Below, piece by piece: positions 31,754 to 42,300 of a stretch of DNA of 64,000 bases; position 1 is the first letter of the stretch; every line of letters starts with the position of its first letter. A program made the position numbers and the translations under genes. The stretch comes from Sedimentisphaerales bacterium (lineage in GTDB: Bacteria; Planctomycetota; Phycisphaerae; Sedimentisphaerales; SM23-30). The DNA is taken from contig CAXXFK010000018.1 in the NCBI GenBank assembly GCA_963663965.2, forward strand, positions 32,001-96,000, read 5' to 3'. The notes under the pieces were generated by a model. That model saw only the letters and a program-made list of their open reading frames with translations, had not been told where the DNA came from and searched no databases.

Positions 31754-32935
31754 ATGAATGACCCACTAATCCATACGGACCAGCTAAATTATCGTGGCCG
31801 TAATTTATCCAACTGGATGTTGATTATCATCAGCGGTTTATTATGTTTTGGCGCGTTAATGGTATTCTCTGCCGGAGCCAGTGTCGATCGTGAATTCCAA
31901 TGGTCTAATTGCTGGCAATATATCACGGTCCGCCGGGTCTTGTTCGTCCCGATTGTCTGGATCGTCCTGGCCATTGTCAGCCGTTTAAATTACCGCAAGT
32001 TCCTGGTCTGGAATCGTTTTTTCTGGGTATCTCCTCTGATTTGGGCTTTATTGATCTCAATTGGTTTGCTGGTTCTGGTATTACTGGTCGGCGAAGAACT
32101 GTGCGGCTCAAAACGCTGGCTTAAAATCGGACCGATTAAAATGCAACCCAGTGAACTGGCGAAATGGACGACCATCATGTTCATTGCAGCGTTTGCCGCC
32201 CGCCGTGATGAAAAAATCAACCGGTTCTGGACCAGTTATGTTCCTGCCTGCTCCATCCTTCTGTTGGTGGCGGCCCTAATCGGATATGAGGATCTGGGAA
32301 CCGGTGCATTGGTTGCAGTTGTTGGATTAGCCGTTCTTTTTATTGCCGGGATGCGCTGGTGGCACCCTTTGACATTACTGCCATTAATTGCGGCAGGGGG
32401 CTATTTTCTGATTTTCAAGGTGCCTTATCGCTGGGCGCGAGTTATGGCATTTATCAGTGGTGAACAGAGTGGCTTTGAAGAAACCCGTTATCACGCTGAG
32501 CAATCGATTATGGCGATTGGCTCAGGTGGATTATGGGGTGCGGGTTTAGGAACCGGCCGCATTAAACTGGGTTGGCTGCCTGAAGATACGACTGATTTTA
32601 TTTTTGCCGTGATTGGTGAAGAATTGGGCTTTTTTGGCTGTACCCTGGTAATTTTTCTCTATCTTAGTTTGCTACTAGCCTGTACTCAGGCTGTTATCCG
32701 TTGTCGGGACCGGTTGGGTAAACTGCTGGTTCTGGCTATCGGTTCAACCATCGTTACCCAGGCTGTAATCAATCTATTTGTCGTAACGCGCATGGCTCCT
32801 ACCAAGGGAATCGCCTTGCCCTATATCAGCGCCGGTGGATCTGGTCTGCTGGTCACAGCGTTCGCCACAGGGGTTATGCTCAATGTCGCCCGGCGGATGG
32901 ATTTCGATTTGCCGGCATTGGAGAACCAATCTTAA
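31754..32935 (+). CDS. ftsW: SEDS-family peptidoglycan polymerase (FtsW/RodA)
   Basis: GSKRW, MQPSELAK, DLGT, GSGGLWGAG, LPE..TDFIFAVIGEELG and P.KGI.LP.IS.GGS. Confidence 0.85.
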   Translation: MNDPLIHTDQLNYRGRNLSNWMLIIISGLLCFGALMVFSAGASVDREFQWSNCWQYITVRRVLFVPIVWIVLAIVSRLNYRKFLVWNRFFWVSPLIWALLISIGLLVLVLLVGEELCGSKRWLKIGPIKMQPSELAKWTTIMFIAAFAARRDEKINRFWTSYVPACSILLLVAALIGYEDLGTGALVAVVGLAVLFIAGMRWWHPLTLLPLIAAGGYFLIFKVPYRWARVMAFISGEQSGFEETRYHAEQSIMAIGSGGLWGAGLGTGRIKLGWLPEDTTDFIFAVIGEELGFFGCTLVIFLYLSLLLACTQAVIRCRDRLGKLLVLAIGSTIVTQAVINLFVVTRMAPTKGIALPYISAGGSGLLVTAFATGVMLNVARRMDFDLPALENQS

Positions 32936-33007
32936 TTCAAATTTGCAATTGGAACGGCCGATAGGTATAATAGGAGTTAGTAAATATTAATAATTTCAGG
33001 TACTAAA

Positions 33008-33166
33008 ATGTCTAAGTTAGGTATATTAAAAGAGTTCTGGGATTTTCTCAAAGTCCGCAAAAAATGGTGGCTGATGCCGATCGCGATTTTCATTGTTCTA
33101 CTGGGAGCGCTTTTAGTCTTATCCCAGGGTTCGGCAATTGCTCCATTCATATATACACTCTTTTGA
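33008..33166 (+). CDS. DUF5989-like small membrane protein (52 aa, not in the ORF track)
   Basis: MSKLGILKEFWDFLKVRKKWWLMPIAIFIVLLGALLVLSQGSAIAPFIYTLF, with RKKWW.P and APFIYTLF signature. Confidence 0.85.
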   Translation: MSKLGILKEFWDFLKVRKKWWLMPIAIFIVLLGALLVLSQGSAIAPFIYTLF

Positions 33167-33310
33167 TCTTAATTATTTCTGATATCACCAGTTACAGATT
33201 GATAGTCAGAATACAGATAGCATTATTTTAATTGTCAGGCCGAAAACCGGGTTTTAATACCAGTTTATCGGCCTTTTTCATGAAAATTTGTCCAGAAATT
33301 CAGGTACTGA

Positions 33311-33772
33311 ATGACAACGCTGAAAGATTCCATAACCATTCAGGCTCCCCCGGTAAAAGTCTGGCAAATTCTTTCAAATCCAAACGCCATGGAACTATGG
33401 AATCCCAAGTGCGTTCGCTGTCGAACAGAACTCCAATCGGTTAAAACGGGCGATCAATACCAGGCCACCTTTAAAATGACAGGCCCGGAATATGAATGCC
33501 AATGTGATGTGATCGAAGCGTTGCCGGAACAACGTTTAATCACTCGATACCATGGCGGTCTGGTATTCAAACCGGATTGTTATGTTGATGAAATATTCCA
33601 GATCGTTCCCAAGGAGCAAAATACGTATTTATCGCAAACTGTCGGTCTGAAATACTCCGGAATCCCCCTATGGGCCAGATTGATCATGGGTTTCATTAAT
33701 CGTTTCGGATATCAAGCTGGAACGGGTCCGCTGGATGGCATAAAACAACTAAGCGAAAATAATATTTATTAA
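33311..33772 (+). CDS. SRPBCC family protein
   Basis: SITIQAPP.KVW..L.......W.P N-terminal pattern; 153 aa. Confidence 0.8.
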   Translation: MTTLKDSITIQAPPVKVWQILSNPNAMELWNPKCVRCRTELQSVKTGDQYQATFKMTGPEYECQCDVIEALPEQRLITRYHGGLVFKPDCYVDEIFQIVPKEQNTYLSQTVGLKYSGIPLWARLIMGFINRFGYQAGTGPLDGIKQLSENNIY

Positions 33773-33966
33773 ATCATATACATACAAACAGCTATTTTAT
33801 ATTGTCTTTTTGACGATATCTTGATAAATCCAAATTTAAAAATTATCCGCTCAGGTAAAATTCATTTGAATTTTTCACCAAATTCGAGAAAATGGGAATC
33901 GGTAGCCCCAGGCAATCTATATAAAATACATTTAAAGATATTTCTAAATCGTTAAAGGATTTCATT

Positions 33967-34749
33967 ATGGATATTAAACAAGCAGCTATTCAGCTTATTC
34001 GCGATGGTTTTATCCTGGTTTTTAACCGAGACGATATTGATATTGTTAAAACCGCTGAATCACTGGCTCAGGCAGGGATTTTTAATATGGAAGTTACCTG
34101 CCGTATTCGACAACCGCTGGACAAAATGTCTCGGGTGAAAAAGGCCATGCCGAATTTTGCGGTTGGATCTGCCAGCCTGGTCGATTATGCCGGTATGCTG
34201 GAACGTTATAACCGGCGGCATGGCGATGATCCATTGCCATCGGTTGACGATGTGGTGAATGCCGGCGCGGATTATCTGGTTTCATCGGTCAATTTCAGCG
34301 ACCATACCTATAGTCGTTATGCCGGCCGAAAACTCCTGATCCCCGGATGCGGATCTGCCTCAGAAATTGCGGCTCAATTCAGTAAAGGAGCCAATTTCTG
34401 TAAATTGTTCCCGGCAGGCGATCTGGGTGGCCCAAGTTTTATCAAAGCGATAGACGCTCCCTTGCACCGGGTTATCAGTATTGTGCCTACCAGCGGTACC
34501 AATCTGGCCAATATTCCCTCATACATTGAAACCGGTGTATTAGTCATGGGCGGATCGTTTAGTATGATTGACAAAACCGTTATGCAGCAAGTCGTTCAAA
34601 ATGGAGCTTATGATTTACTGGCGAAAGAATTTGGCAAGATCAAGCAAGCCATTGACGAATGTCGCATTAAAAAATGGCCTGACCTGGATTTAAAAACCGC
34701 AACGATAGACGATATTCGCATGCAAACCGGTCGAATATTCAATTTGTAA
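33967..34749 (+). CDS. KHG/KDPG aldolase-like protein
   Basis: MEVT.R, AGADYLVS, PG..S..E, KLFPA (Schiff-base Lys) and P..G. Confidence 0.75.
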   Translation: MDIKQAAIQLIRDGFILVFNRDDIDIVKTAESLAQAGIFNMEVTCRIRQPLDKMSRVKKAMPNFAVGSASLVDYAGMLERYNRRHGDDPLPSVDDVVNAGADYLVSSVNFSDHTYSRYAGRKLLIPGCGSASEIAAQFSKGANFCKLFPAGDLGGPSFIKAIDAPLHRVISIVPTSGTNLANIPSYIETGVLVMGGSFSMIDKTVMQQVVQNGAYDLLAKEFGKIKQAIDECRIKKWPDLDLKTATIDDIRMQTGRIFNL

Positions 34750-34799
34750 TTGTTATCGACCAACAAGCTCCCAATCATCCTGATTAAAATAGTCTTAAA

Positions 34800-35996
34800 A
34801 TGGACGAACGCTCCGACCTGACACTATCGCAAGATCGAAAAAAAAACAGTGCTATTCCACGCATTCTGTTGCTGGTGGAAACTTCCCGCAGCTTTGGACG
34901 TGAACTACTCTATGGTATTGCACGTTATTCCCGTATTCATGGGCCATGGGTGTTTTATCGGGAGGTTGGCGCCTTGGAACAATCAGCCCGCAAACTGCTG
35001 GGGTGGGACGCAGATGGTTTTATTACCCGCAATCCCGTTGATGTGAGTGTTCTGGACGATCTGACGATTCCCGGCATCCTGGTTATCCACCATGAAAATA
35101 AACTTCCTACTCATTTTCCAACTATTGTCACCGATTCACCCGCCATAGGCAAAATGGCCGCCGACCATTTGATGGAACGCGGTTATAAGCATTTTGCCTT
35201 TTGTGGTCTGGATCAGCTTCGCTGGTCGAATGAACGCTGTCATCATTTTGTCCGCCGGTTGCACGAGTGTGGTCATCAAGTTCATGTTTATCGCCAGTCT
35301 CGAACGCGCATGAAGCAATCCTGGAAGTATGAACAGAAATATATGGCAGACTGGATATCCTCGCTGCCTCATCCGGTCGGCATTCTGGCATGCAATGATG
35401 ACCGGGGTCAGCAGGCCATAGAAGCCTGTAAAATAGCCCGTATCCGCGTCCCGGATGAAGTGGGTGTTCTGGGTGTTGATAACGACGAATTGATTTGTGA
35501 GCTGTCTGATCCCCCGATGTCCAGTATCGCTCTGAACATTCGCATGGCCGGATATCAGGCGGCTGAACTACTGGAAAAGCTGATACGAGGGGAAGCCATG
35601 ACAGGCCAACGGATTGTTGTGACGGCTACGCACATACAAACCCGGCAATCTACTGATATTATGGCCGTTAGTGACCGTGAAGTTGCTGATGCCATTCGTT
35701 TTATTTATCAGAACAGCAATCGAAGTATCCAGGTCATGGATGTGGCGAATGCCGTTGCATTATCCCGCAGTGCGCTGGAAAAACGATTCCGCAAAGCCAT
35801 TAACACAACGATCCATGAAAAAATCCGGCAAATACGAATCGAGAAAATTACCCGGATTTTAATTGAAACGGATCTGGCCATATCTCAAATTGCCCAACAG
35901 ATGGGTTTTCCGGGCATTGAACATATTGCCCGCTATTTTCGCACGGAAAAGGGCATGAGTTTGCAGGCTTATCGCAAGAAATATGGTTCAGTTTAA
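34800..35996 (+). CDS. XylR-type regulator (LacI-like sensor plus AraC HTH)
   Basis: GRELLYGI, ACNDDRG, VPDEV.VLGVDND, RQSTD and a C-terminal AraC domain. Confidence 0.92.
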   Translation: MDERSDLTLSQDRKKNSAIPRILLLVETSRSFGRELLYGIARYSRIHGPWVFYREVGALEQSARKLLGWDADGFITRNPVDVSVLDDLTIPGILVIHHENKLPTHFPTIVTDSPAIGKMAADHLMERGYKHFAFCGLDQLRWSNERCHHFVRRLHECGHQVHVYRQSRTRMKQSWKYEQKYMADWISSLPHPVGILACNDDRGQQAIEACKIARIRVPDEVGVLGVDNDELICELSDPPMSSIALNIRMAGYQAAELLEKLIRGEAMTGQRIVVTATHIQTRQSTDIMAVSDREVADAIRFIYQNSNRSIQVMDVANAVALSRSALEKRFRKAINTTIHEKIRQIRIEKITRILIETDLAISQIAQQMGFPGIEHIARYFRTEKGMSLQAYRKKYGSV

Positions 35997-36095
35997 TGCC
36001 ATCAGCCATTCGATAGTAATTGAACTATAGGATTGAATTTTATACTATCCCCCGTTTCCTGTTTCATTTAAACGTTAATTACTGGAATTTAACCA

Positions 36096-36980
36096 TTGCT
36101 AACCCTGATAAAACTCACCCTGACCTCCCTGTTCTGGGCTGGCACCTTTATCGCCGGCAAGAAGCTGGGAGGCTATGTTACACCCGCACTTGGCGCGTTC
36201 ATGCGATTTCTGGCGGCATCACTATGTTTGTTGCCACTATTGCTGAAAGTTTCTGCGGGCAAACGCGTTGGCAATCTGCCCACCATGGCCTGGATTGGGA
36301 TCGCGGGCATTGCCAGCACCTATTTATACAATATATTTTTTCTCAAGGGTTTGCAATTAATCGAGTCGTCCCGGGCTTCCCTGATTGTCGCAACCTGCCC
36401 GATCTTTATTACGATAGTCTCTGTCATTTTTACCCGTGAAAAACTTCATATGCTCCAGATACCAGGAATTCTACTGGGAGTAATTGGCGCAATCATAGTC
36501 ATCACTCGTGGTCAACTCGATCAGATTTTTTCCGGTTTGGGCCGAGGTGAATTACTGATCTTCGGTTGCGTTACCTGTTGGGTAGTTTACACCATGATTT
36601 CACGCCGGATTGCTGACCGGGTTCCACCCGTAACTGTCGTTGCCTGGTGTTGTATGATTGGGACGGTCTGTTTACTGCCGGGCGCCTGGTCTGAATGGAC
36701 TGCCGCCGGCCGGCCAATAATTCCATTTTATGCCTGGCTTTATGCAGGGTACCTGGCAGTTTTTGGCAATGCCCTGGGATTTATCTGGTATAATGAAGGC
36801 CTGGAAAAAATCGGCCCGACACGTACTGGAATATTTATCAATCTGATCCCGCCTTTTACTATGCTGCTAAGTTATCTGATCCTGAAAGAAACGATCGGTT
36901 TGCCTACCCTGATTGGCGCCCTGCTCGTTCTGGCCGGATTATTTCTGACGAACCGACCGGTATCTGTTCCCAGAGAATAA
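36096..36980 (+). CDS. DMT/EamA family transporter
   Basis: FWAGTFIAGK, about 10 TM in two repeats, FINLIP. Confidence 0.9.
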   Translation: MLTLIKLTLTSLFWAGTFIAGKKLGGYVTPALGAFMRFLAASLCLLPLLLKVSAGKRVGNLPTMAWIGIAGIASTYLYNIFFLKGLQLIESSRASLIVATCPIFITIVSVIFTREKLHMLQIPGILLGVIGAIIVITRGQLDQIFSGLGRGELLIFGCVTCWVVYTMISRRIADRVPPVTVVAWCCMIGTVCLLPGAWSEWTAAGRPIIPFYAWLYAGYLAVFGNALGFIWYNEGLEKIGPTRTGIFINLIPPFTMLLSYLILKETIGLPTLIGALLVLAGLFLTNRPVSVPRE

Positions 36981-37003
36981 TCTCATCTCGGATTATGACT
37001 TTA

Positions 37004-37181
37004 GGAACCATTCATCCATAAATACTCCATTTTTCATCCCATCTGGCCGCCATTTTCAACCGCTTCTCAATCGCAATATCCTCGACATAAAACAGTTATG
37101 CCTGCGGTTTCGCTCAATCGACGCGGCTGAATCTGACGACACGCTGTGCGGTAAATACAGCATTTATTTATGGACGGCTCC
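37004..37181. mobile_element. 178-bp MITE, copy 2
   Basis: TIRs GGAACCATTCATCCATAAAT / ATTTATTTATGGACGGCTCC; TTA on both sides; same length and core as 7159-7336. Confidence 0.75.
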
Positions 37182-37228
37182 TTAGTCTATCGATAAGAAG
37201 TTTTTCAGTAGAGTGAATGCAATAATTC

Positions 37229-39034
37229 TTACATATAACCGCTGGCCAGTCCTCCAAACGCTTTAATGATACGTACCGCGATCCATTTAGGCGATAATTC
37301 CATGCGAGGAAACATGCCGACATCCTGATAACAATCATAAAAATCCGGTTGGTTTGGAGCCACCGGCTCACAGCCTTCACGCAGATCAAAATTGCTGCTG
37401 TATTCAAACGGCCACAGGTCGAACAACGGCAGGCTACTGGAGACGCCAGCGATCGATTCGCTGACATTGCCGATTACCGGCAATTTCCATCGGCGCGCGA
37501 CCACCCAGCTATTGGATGGAGCGGTATCCCGTTCGAATATTTTCTTTATGATCGTTGCCACAGTATCATCCCAGATAATCAGTGCACATTCCGTATTTAG
37601 GTTGCGCGCTCGAGGATCGAAATTGTGCGAACCAACAAACGTGATATGGTTATCCACAACAAAGAATTTTGAATGTATGATCAAACGGGGACCGTTGGCA
37701 TCGATCGGAAGCAAATTGCCGTTTTCAATATTTTCGGCAGTTGAAGGATCCTCGGTCAACTGCCCGTACCTGGGTATCATTTCCAAAATATCGCCGGGAA
37801 TGGGCTTAAACTCAAACAGTTGGGCCTTTAAATCTTCCAGATAAAATTGACGTTGTTTAAAGCAAACGGCGTAAACATAAAAATGGTCCGTTGATGCCAG
37901 GCTATTCGTCGACAATGAAATGGCAAGTTCCGGTTTGTCAATTCTCAGTTGTTTCAGAAAAAAGATTCCCCCCCAATCCTGAATCAGGTACGGCGTCTGT
38001 GCGATGATCTCGCGCTGAGCCTGGCCAATGATTTCGAGCAGGCGCGCCGTACTATTCCAGCGTTCTTTTTCCGATACTTTGTTTTTATCCGGCCAGTCAG
38101 CTACAAATTCGATTCTTTCAACGGGATAAATTTCCAGTTTTGGCCGGCTTTCGGCTATGACAAATTGATTGGCCTGTCGGCGCAAATTATCCAAAGGCGA
38201 CAGTTGCGGATTATTGGCAGTCAGGATGGCATGCTCATCATGTAAACGAATGGCTTCAACCGCAATATCTTTCAGACTCAAGGCTTTTTTTGACAGTTTG
38301 CTTGACCAATATTGTTCGAATGATTCCAGAATACGCTGGGTTACCGGACCAATAGCTAACAACCCCAAATCCTTGTAGCAAAAGCTATGACCATAGTCAT
38401 AATAATGATTTTTAATGTTTCGTCCACCAACAATACCAATCCGGCCATCTACCAGAAAGACTTTGTTATGCATCCGCTGATTCAACGTCTGGCCATCCGC
38501 AAAAAGGGTTCCAATTTCTCTTAAGGGTGATTTCCCTCCACGAGCCATAATCGGGCGGAATAATCGAATTTCGATATTTGCATGGGCAGATGCCATTTGG
38601 GCCAGGATTCTGGGTGAGATTTGGGTGCCGTATTGATCGATAATCAATCGGATCTTTACGCCGCGCCGCGCTGCGATGAGCAATTCTTCAAAGATGGTAT
38701 TGCCGACTAAATCAGACTCCCAGATATAGGTCTGAATATCAATGCTTTTACGCGCCGCCCTGATTAAATGAATTCGGGCCAGCAGGGCATCTTCACCACT
38801 ATCCAGCACACTGACAAAATGAGATGGCCATTCATTCTGGTCTTCCAGGGTCCAATCGGCCAGTTCCTGATACAAGGAACGGATCGCACAACGGTTTTCT
38901 TCACCCTCAGGACAATAAACACGCTTATCCCGCTCAAGGGCCAGCGCTTCCCGTACAGCACGGTTTTCACACCCTCCTGTCAGCAGCAAGCATACTGCGA
39001 ACAAAATGATCAGATAACTTTGCCAATGTCTCAT
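37229..39034 (-). CDS. phospholipase D family protein (ClsC/YmdC-like)
   Basis: Two HKD motifs (MHNKVFLVDG, IHSKFFVVDN), GGRN and GSHNFDPR...NTE; lipobox-like N-terminus. Confidence 0.9.
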   Translation of the reverse strand: MRHWQSYLIILFAVCLLLTGGCENRAVREALALERDKRVYCPEGEENRCAIRSLYQELADWTLEDQNEWPSHFVSVLDSGEDALLARIHLIRAARKSIDIQTYIWESDLVGNTIFEELLIAARRGVKIRLIIDQYGTQISPRILAQMASAHANIEIRLFRPIMARGGKSPLREIGTLFADGQTLNQRMHNKVFLVDGRIGIVGGRNIKNHYYDYGHSFCYKDLGLLAIGPVTQRILESFEQYWSSKLSKKALSLKDIAVEAIRLHDEHAILTANNPQLSPLDNLRRQANQFVIAESRPKLEIYPVERIEFVADWPDKNKVSEKERWNSTARLLEIIGQAQREIIAQTPYLIQDWGGIFFLKQLRIDKPELAISLSTNSLASTDHFYVYAVCFKQRQFYLEDLKAQLFEFKPIPGDILEMIPRYGQLTEDPSTAENIENGNLLPIDANGPRLIIHSKFFVVDNHITFVGSHNFDPRARNLNTECALIIWDDTVATIIKKIFERDTAPSNSWVVARRWKLPVIGNVSESIAGVSSSLPLFDLWPFEYSSNFDLREGCEPVAPNQPDFYDCYQDVGMFPRMELSPKWIAVRIIKAFGGLASGYM

Positions 39035-39320
39035 TACGAATAAATGGGTAAATATAATTTTGGGCTTTATTTCACAGACAGTTTTAATTAAATAGTTATC
39101 TTAACTCGCCATGTATTCAATTTCAATAATTATTGACAAAAATGAGGCATTGATATTTCAAAATTATTTCATAGTCTGGATTTGAATTCTATCGTTGGAT
39201 TTGTTGTAAGAATGTCCTATTAAACCAGTTAGGAGCCTTTTCGTGTATATATCAGTCTGTCGAATCAGCAATAATCACTCAGCGCTAAACCCTATATTTG
39301 ATGTATACAGTAGAAGCAGA

Positions 39321-42300
39321 TTAACCTCCGATGGTTACTTTTAACATTTCCTGACTTTCAACCAGAACGTTACCCACTTTGAAGGGTTTGATCGCGGTGG
39401 CGGCGAACAGGCCGAATGGTTCGTCATTTGTATAATTGATCTGGCCAAACTTAACACTGCCGATAGCGCCGGTTGGGGCGAACCAGGGTGCGCTTAACGC
39501 ACTGTTGGCGATCAGGCTTACTTCCGGTAACGCACCGGCCAGCAGATAGCTGGAGGCAAAGACGCCCGATACCGCTACCGAGCCGATATCGCCGCCGGAA
39601 CCAGCATCATCACTGCTGAAAACCAGATCACTGCCCAGATCCAATCCGGCCATTAGCCAGCTGTCGGTCATATCCCCTTTCAGACTCACCTTGCCGATAT
39701 TGCCGCCGGCGCTGAGGATGGCCGACATTGAACCGGCCGACACACCGGAAATCATGTTTTCCGCACGGATTACACCGGATAAATCCCCCTTGGTTCCCAG
39801 TGAGCCAAACGAGCCGGCAATGGAGGCCTGCAGATCAATGTCGCCGGCGGCTTTGATCGATTTGATATCGCCGCCGGTGGTGACCAGGGTCAGATCGAGG
39901 ATATCCCCTTTGCCGGCAATCGAGCCCACCGAGCGGGCATTCAGGGTCGCGCCTTCAATGGTCAGCGCCGAGACTTTGCCTATCGCGCCGGATGCGGTCA
40001 GTGAGGCTTTCAGGGCGCCGGCCTTGACTGCCACGGCTTTAATCTCGCCGGCAGCCGTCAAACTGCCCAGCAGATCGCCGCTGCTGCCAACGGATCCGAT
40101 ATCACCACTGTCTGCGGTGATATCCACCTCCACCAGGCCGGACTTGATGGCAAACTTGCCGAGGCTGTCACAATCTACCCGGCCGGAGGCATAGGTATTG
40201 GCGGAAAAAGATTTAATGCTGTCGGCAATATCGAAGGTGACATTGTCGCCGATATTCCCCGCCTTTAAACTGAAACCGCTGCCGGACTGGCCGGTTTCAA
40301 TGGTGATATTGTCGCCCAGATCCCCCCAACTCAGCGTGGACAGGCTGCCGCTGGTTTGCAGGTTACCGGCCAGCACGACTCCTTTGCCGGAGAGGGACTT
40401 GATTTCGCCCCCGGTAATGGCGCCGATGGTGGCCTCATTGTCGCTGCCACCTTTGGCGCCGATGGACAGGGCCGCGATCCCGGTACCATCCAGAACGATG
40501 GACTGTAAAAACAGATTGGTTCCGGTTACCACTACATTTTTTGTTCCAGTGGCGGTAATATCATCACCGGTAAACCGTAATGTGCCGCTGTCTCCCTTGA
40601 GACTGACGGTAACCAGGGTATTATCGGCATCGGTATAACTGATCCTGCCGGCCGCCCCGGTCCCGATCAAGATATCCGTTAATGCCTGGGACGCTTCGAT
40701 TTCGATTGGTTCATCATAATAGCTGGCCGTGGGGATGTTGTTTCCATCGCTGATCAAGCCATAGACATAATAGGCGCCGGCGGCGACGGAGGAGGTGTCC
40801 CAGTCGAACTGCCCGGTATTGTCCGCCTGGCCCATCAAGATTCCATCCGCGCCACTGTGATCATCATCGTAATAAAAGGTGATCTGGCAGCCGGTCAGGT
40901 CGGAGTCGCCGGAATAGGCAATAGCGCCGGACTGGCTATACGGATTGATACTGATTTCATCGATTGTCAATTGCGGCAGGGTGGTGTCCTGATAGCCATC
41001 GAAGGTCAGGCCTTCCAGGGGTTCATCCGAAGCCACTTGCAGGGTCCAGGTTCCGGGGGTGGGCGATTCAATGAATAACGTGGTGGTAGTGTCATCGGAC
41101 AATTCCGGAACGACCGCGATAAAATCACTGTTGGTAATCGCGGCCAGATCATAGACCACGCCATTCGGATCGGTCAAAGAAATCTCGCCCGCCGCGGCGT
41201 TGTCCCACTGCGCGTTGATCATCAGCCATTCCTGACCTTCTGTGGCATAAAACGTTTCGGAGTTGGTATAAGCCGTATCTTCTATTGGATCGGATTCAAT
41301 CGATTTTTTATTTACGACTTCATCAGACAAGAGTGGCGATGTCTGACCGGCCTGTAGCCGGGCAGCTGTTTTGCCACCCAGGAATGAGTAACTGCCATCA
41401 AAATTAACACGAATACCGGCCGTCATACTATAAACTTTGCCAAAAGCAGTGATTGAGGTACTGCCCCATCCTGCAATATAATCATTAGTATAGTTATCAT
41501 CATTAGTAAAATTAAGAACGGTAGTGCCGTTAGCCAGCGATTTACCTCCCCAGATCGGGATTATGGTTGGAATGCCCACCGTACCGGTTCCATTAATGCT
41601 GATATTCATATTGGAATCGGCCTTCATGGCGCCATTGATCCCCAGCAGATTATTCAGGGCGGTCAGCTGGCATTGAGCATTGAGGGTGTTCTTTTCCCAA
41701 TTTAATGTTGCGGTAGCCGCACCTTCAGCCAGCCCGCCGGCCACTTTAACCGTTCCACTTCCAGTCAACTCCTGAAAGGTAAAGCCACCTTCTACTCCAA
41801 ATTCAGCCAGTGCGCCTTCCAGGTCGCCCCCGGCCCAATCTGGAAGACTGAGTTCAATTTTCTTACCGGCAGTAAATCCTAATCCACCGCCAAATTGAAT
41901 TTTAGTCGCATCAGGATCGGCGATATTGTTGACATATCCATTAATGCTCTGCAGGAAAGCGCCGGTTGTTCCAATAGGCAATTCAATTTCATCTACTCCC
42001 AGCCTGACATAATTCAGTTCTTCATTGACAAAGCCCAGTCCGCAGATGATATCCATACCCGGCGGTACGGTGAAAATGCCATCACCCTGAACACTCATGC
42101 CAACACCCGGAACATCTCTGACTTCAAGCGACGCCTGCTTGATAACCCAGCGATCTTCTACGATCACAATTTCTTCAACCGACAGTTTACCATACCATTT
42201 TATCTCGCCATTCGCGTTGATTTCGATATAACCGTCTGTCCCGGCAAAGGTATCGGTGGTAAAATCTGCTGTCGCATTGAATACCTCAGGCAGGATCACC

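Noticed and set aside
37229..39034. PLD as a defence nuclease
   Set aside because: Two-HKD, lipoprotein-like ClsC architecture in a housekeeping context, far from the island
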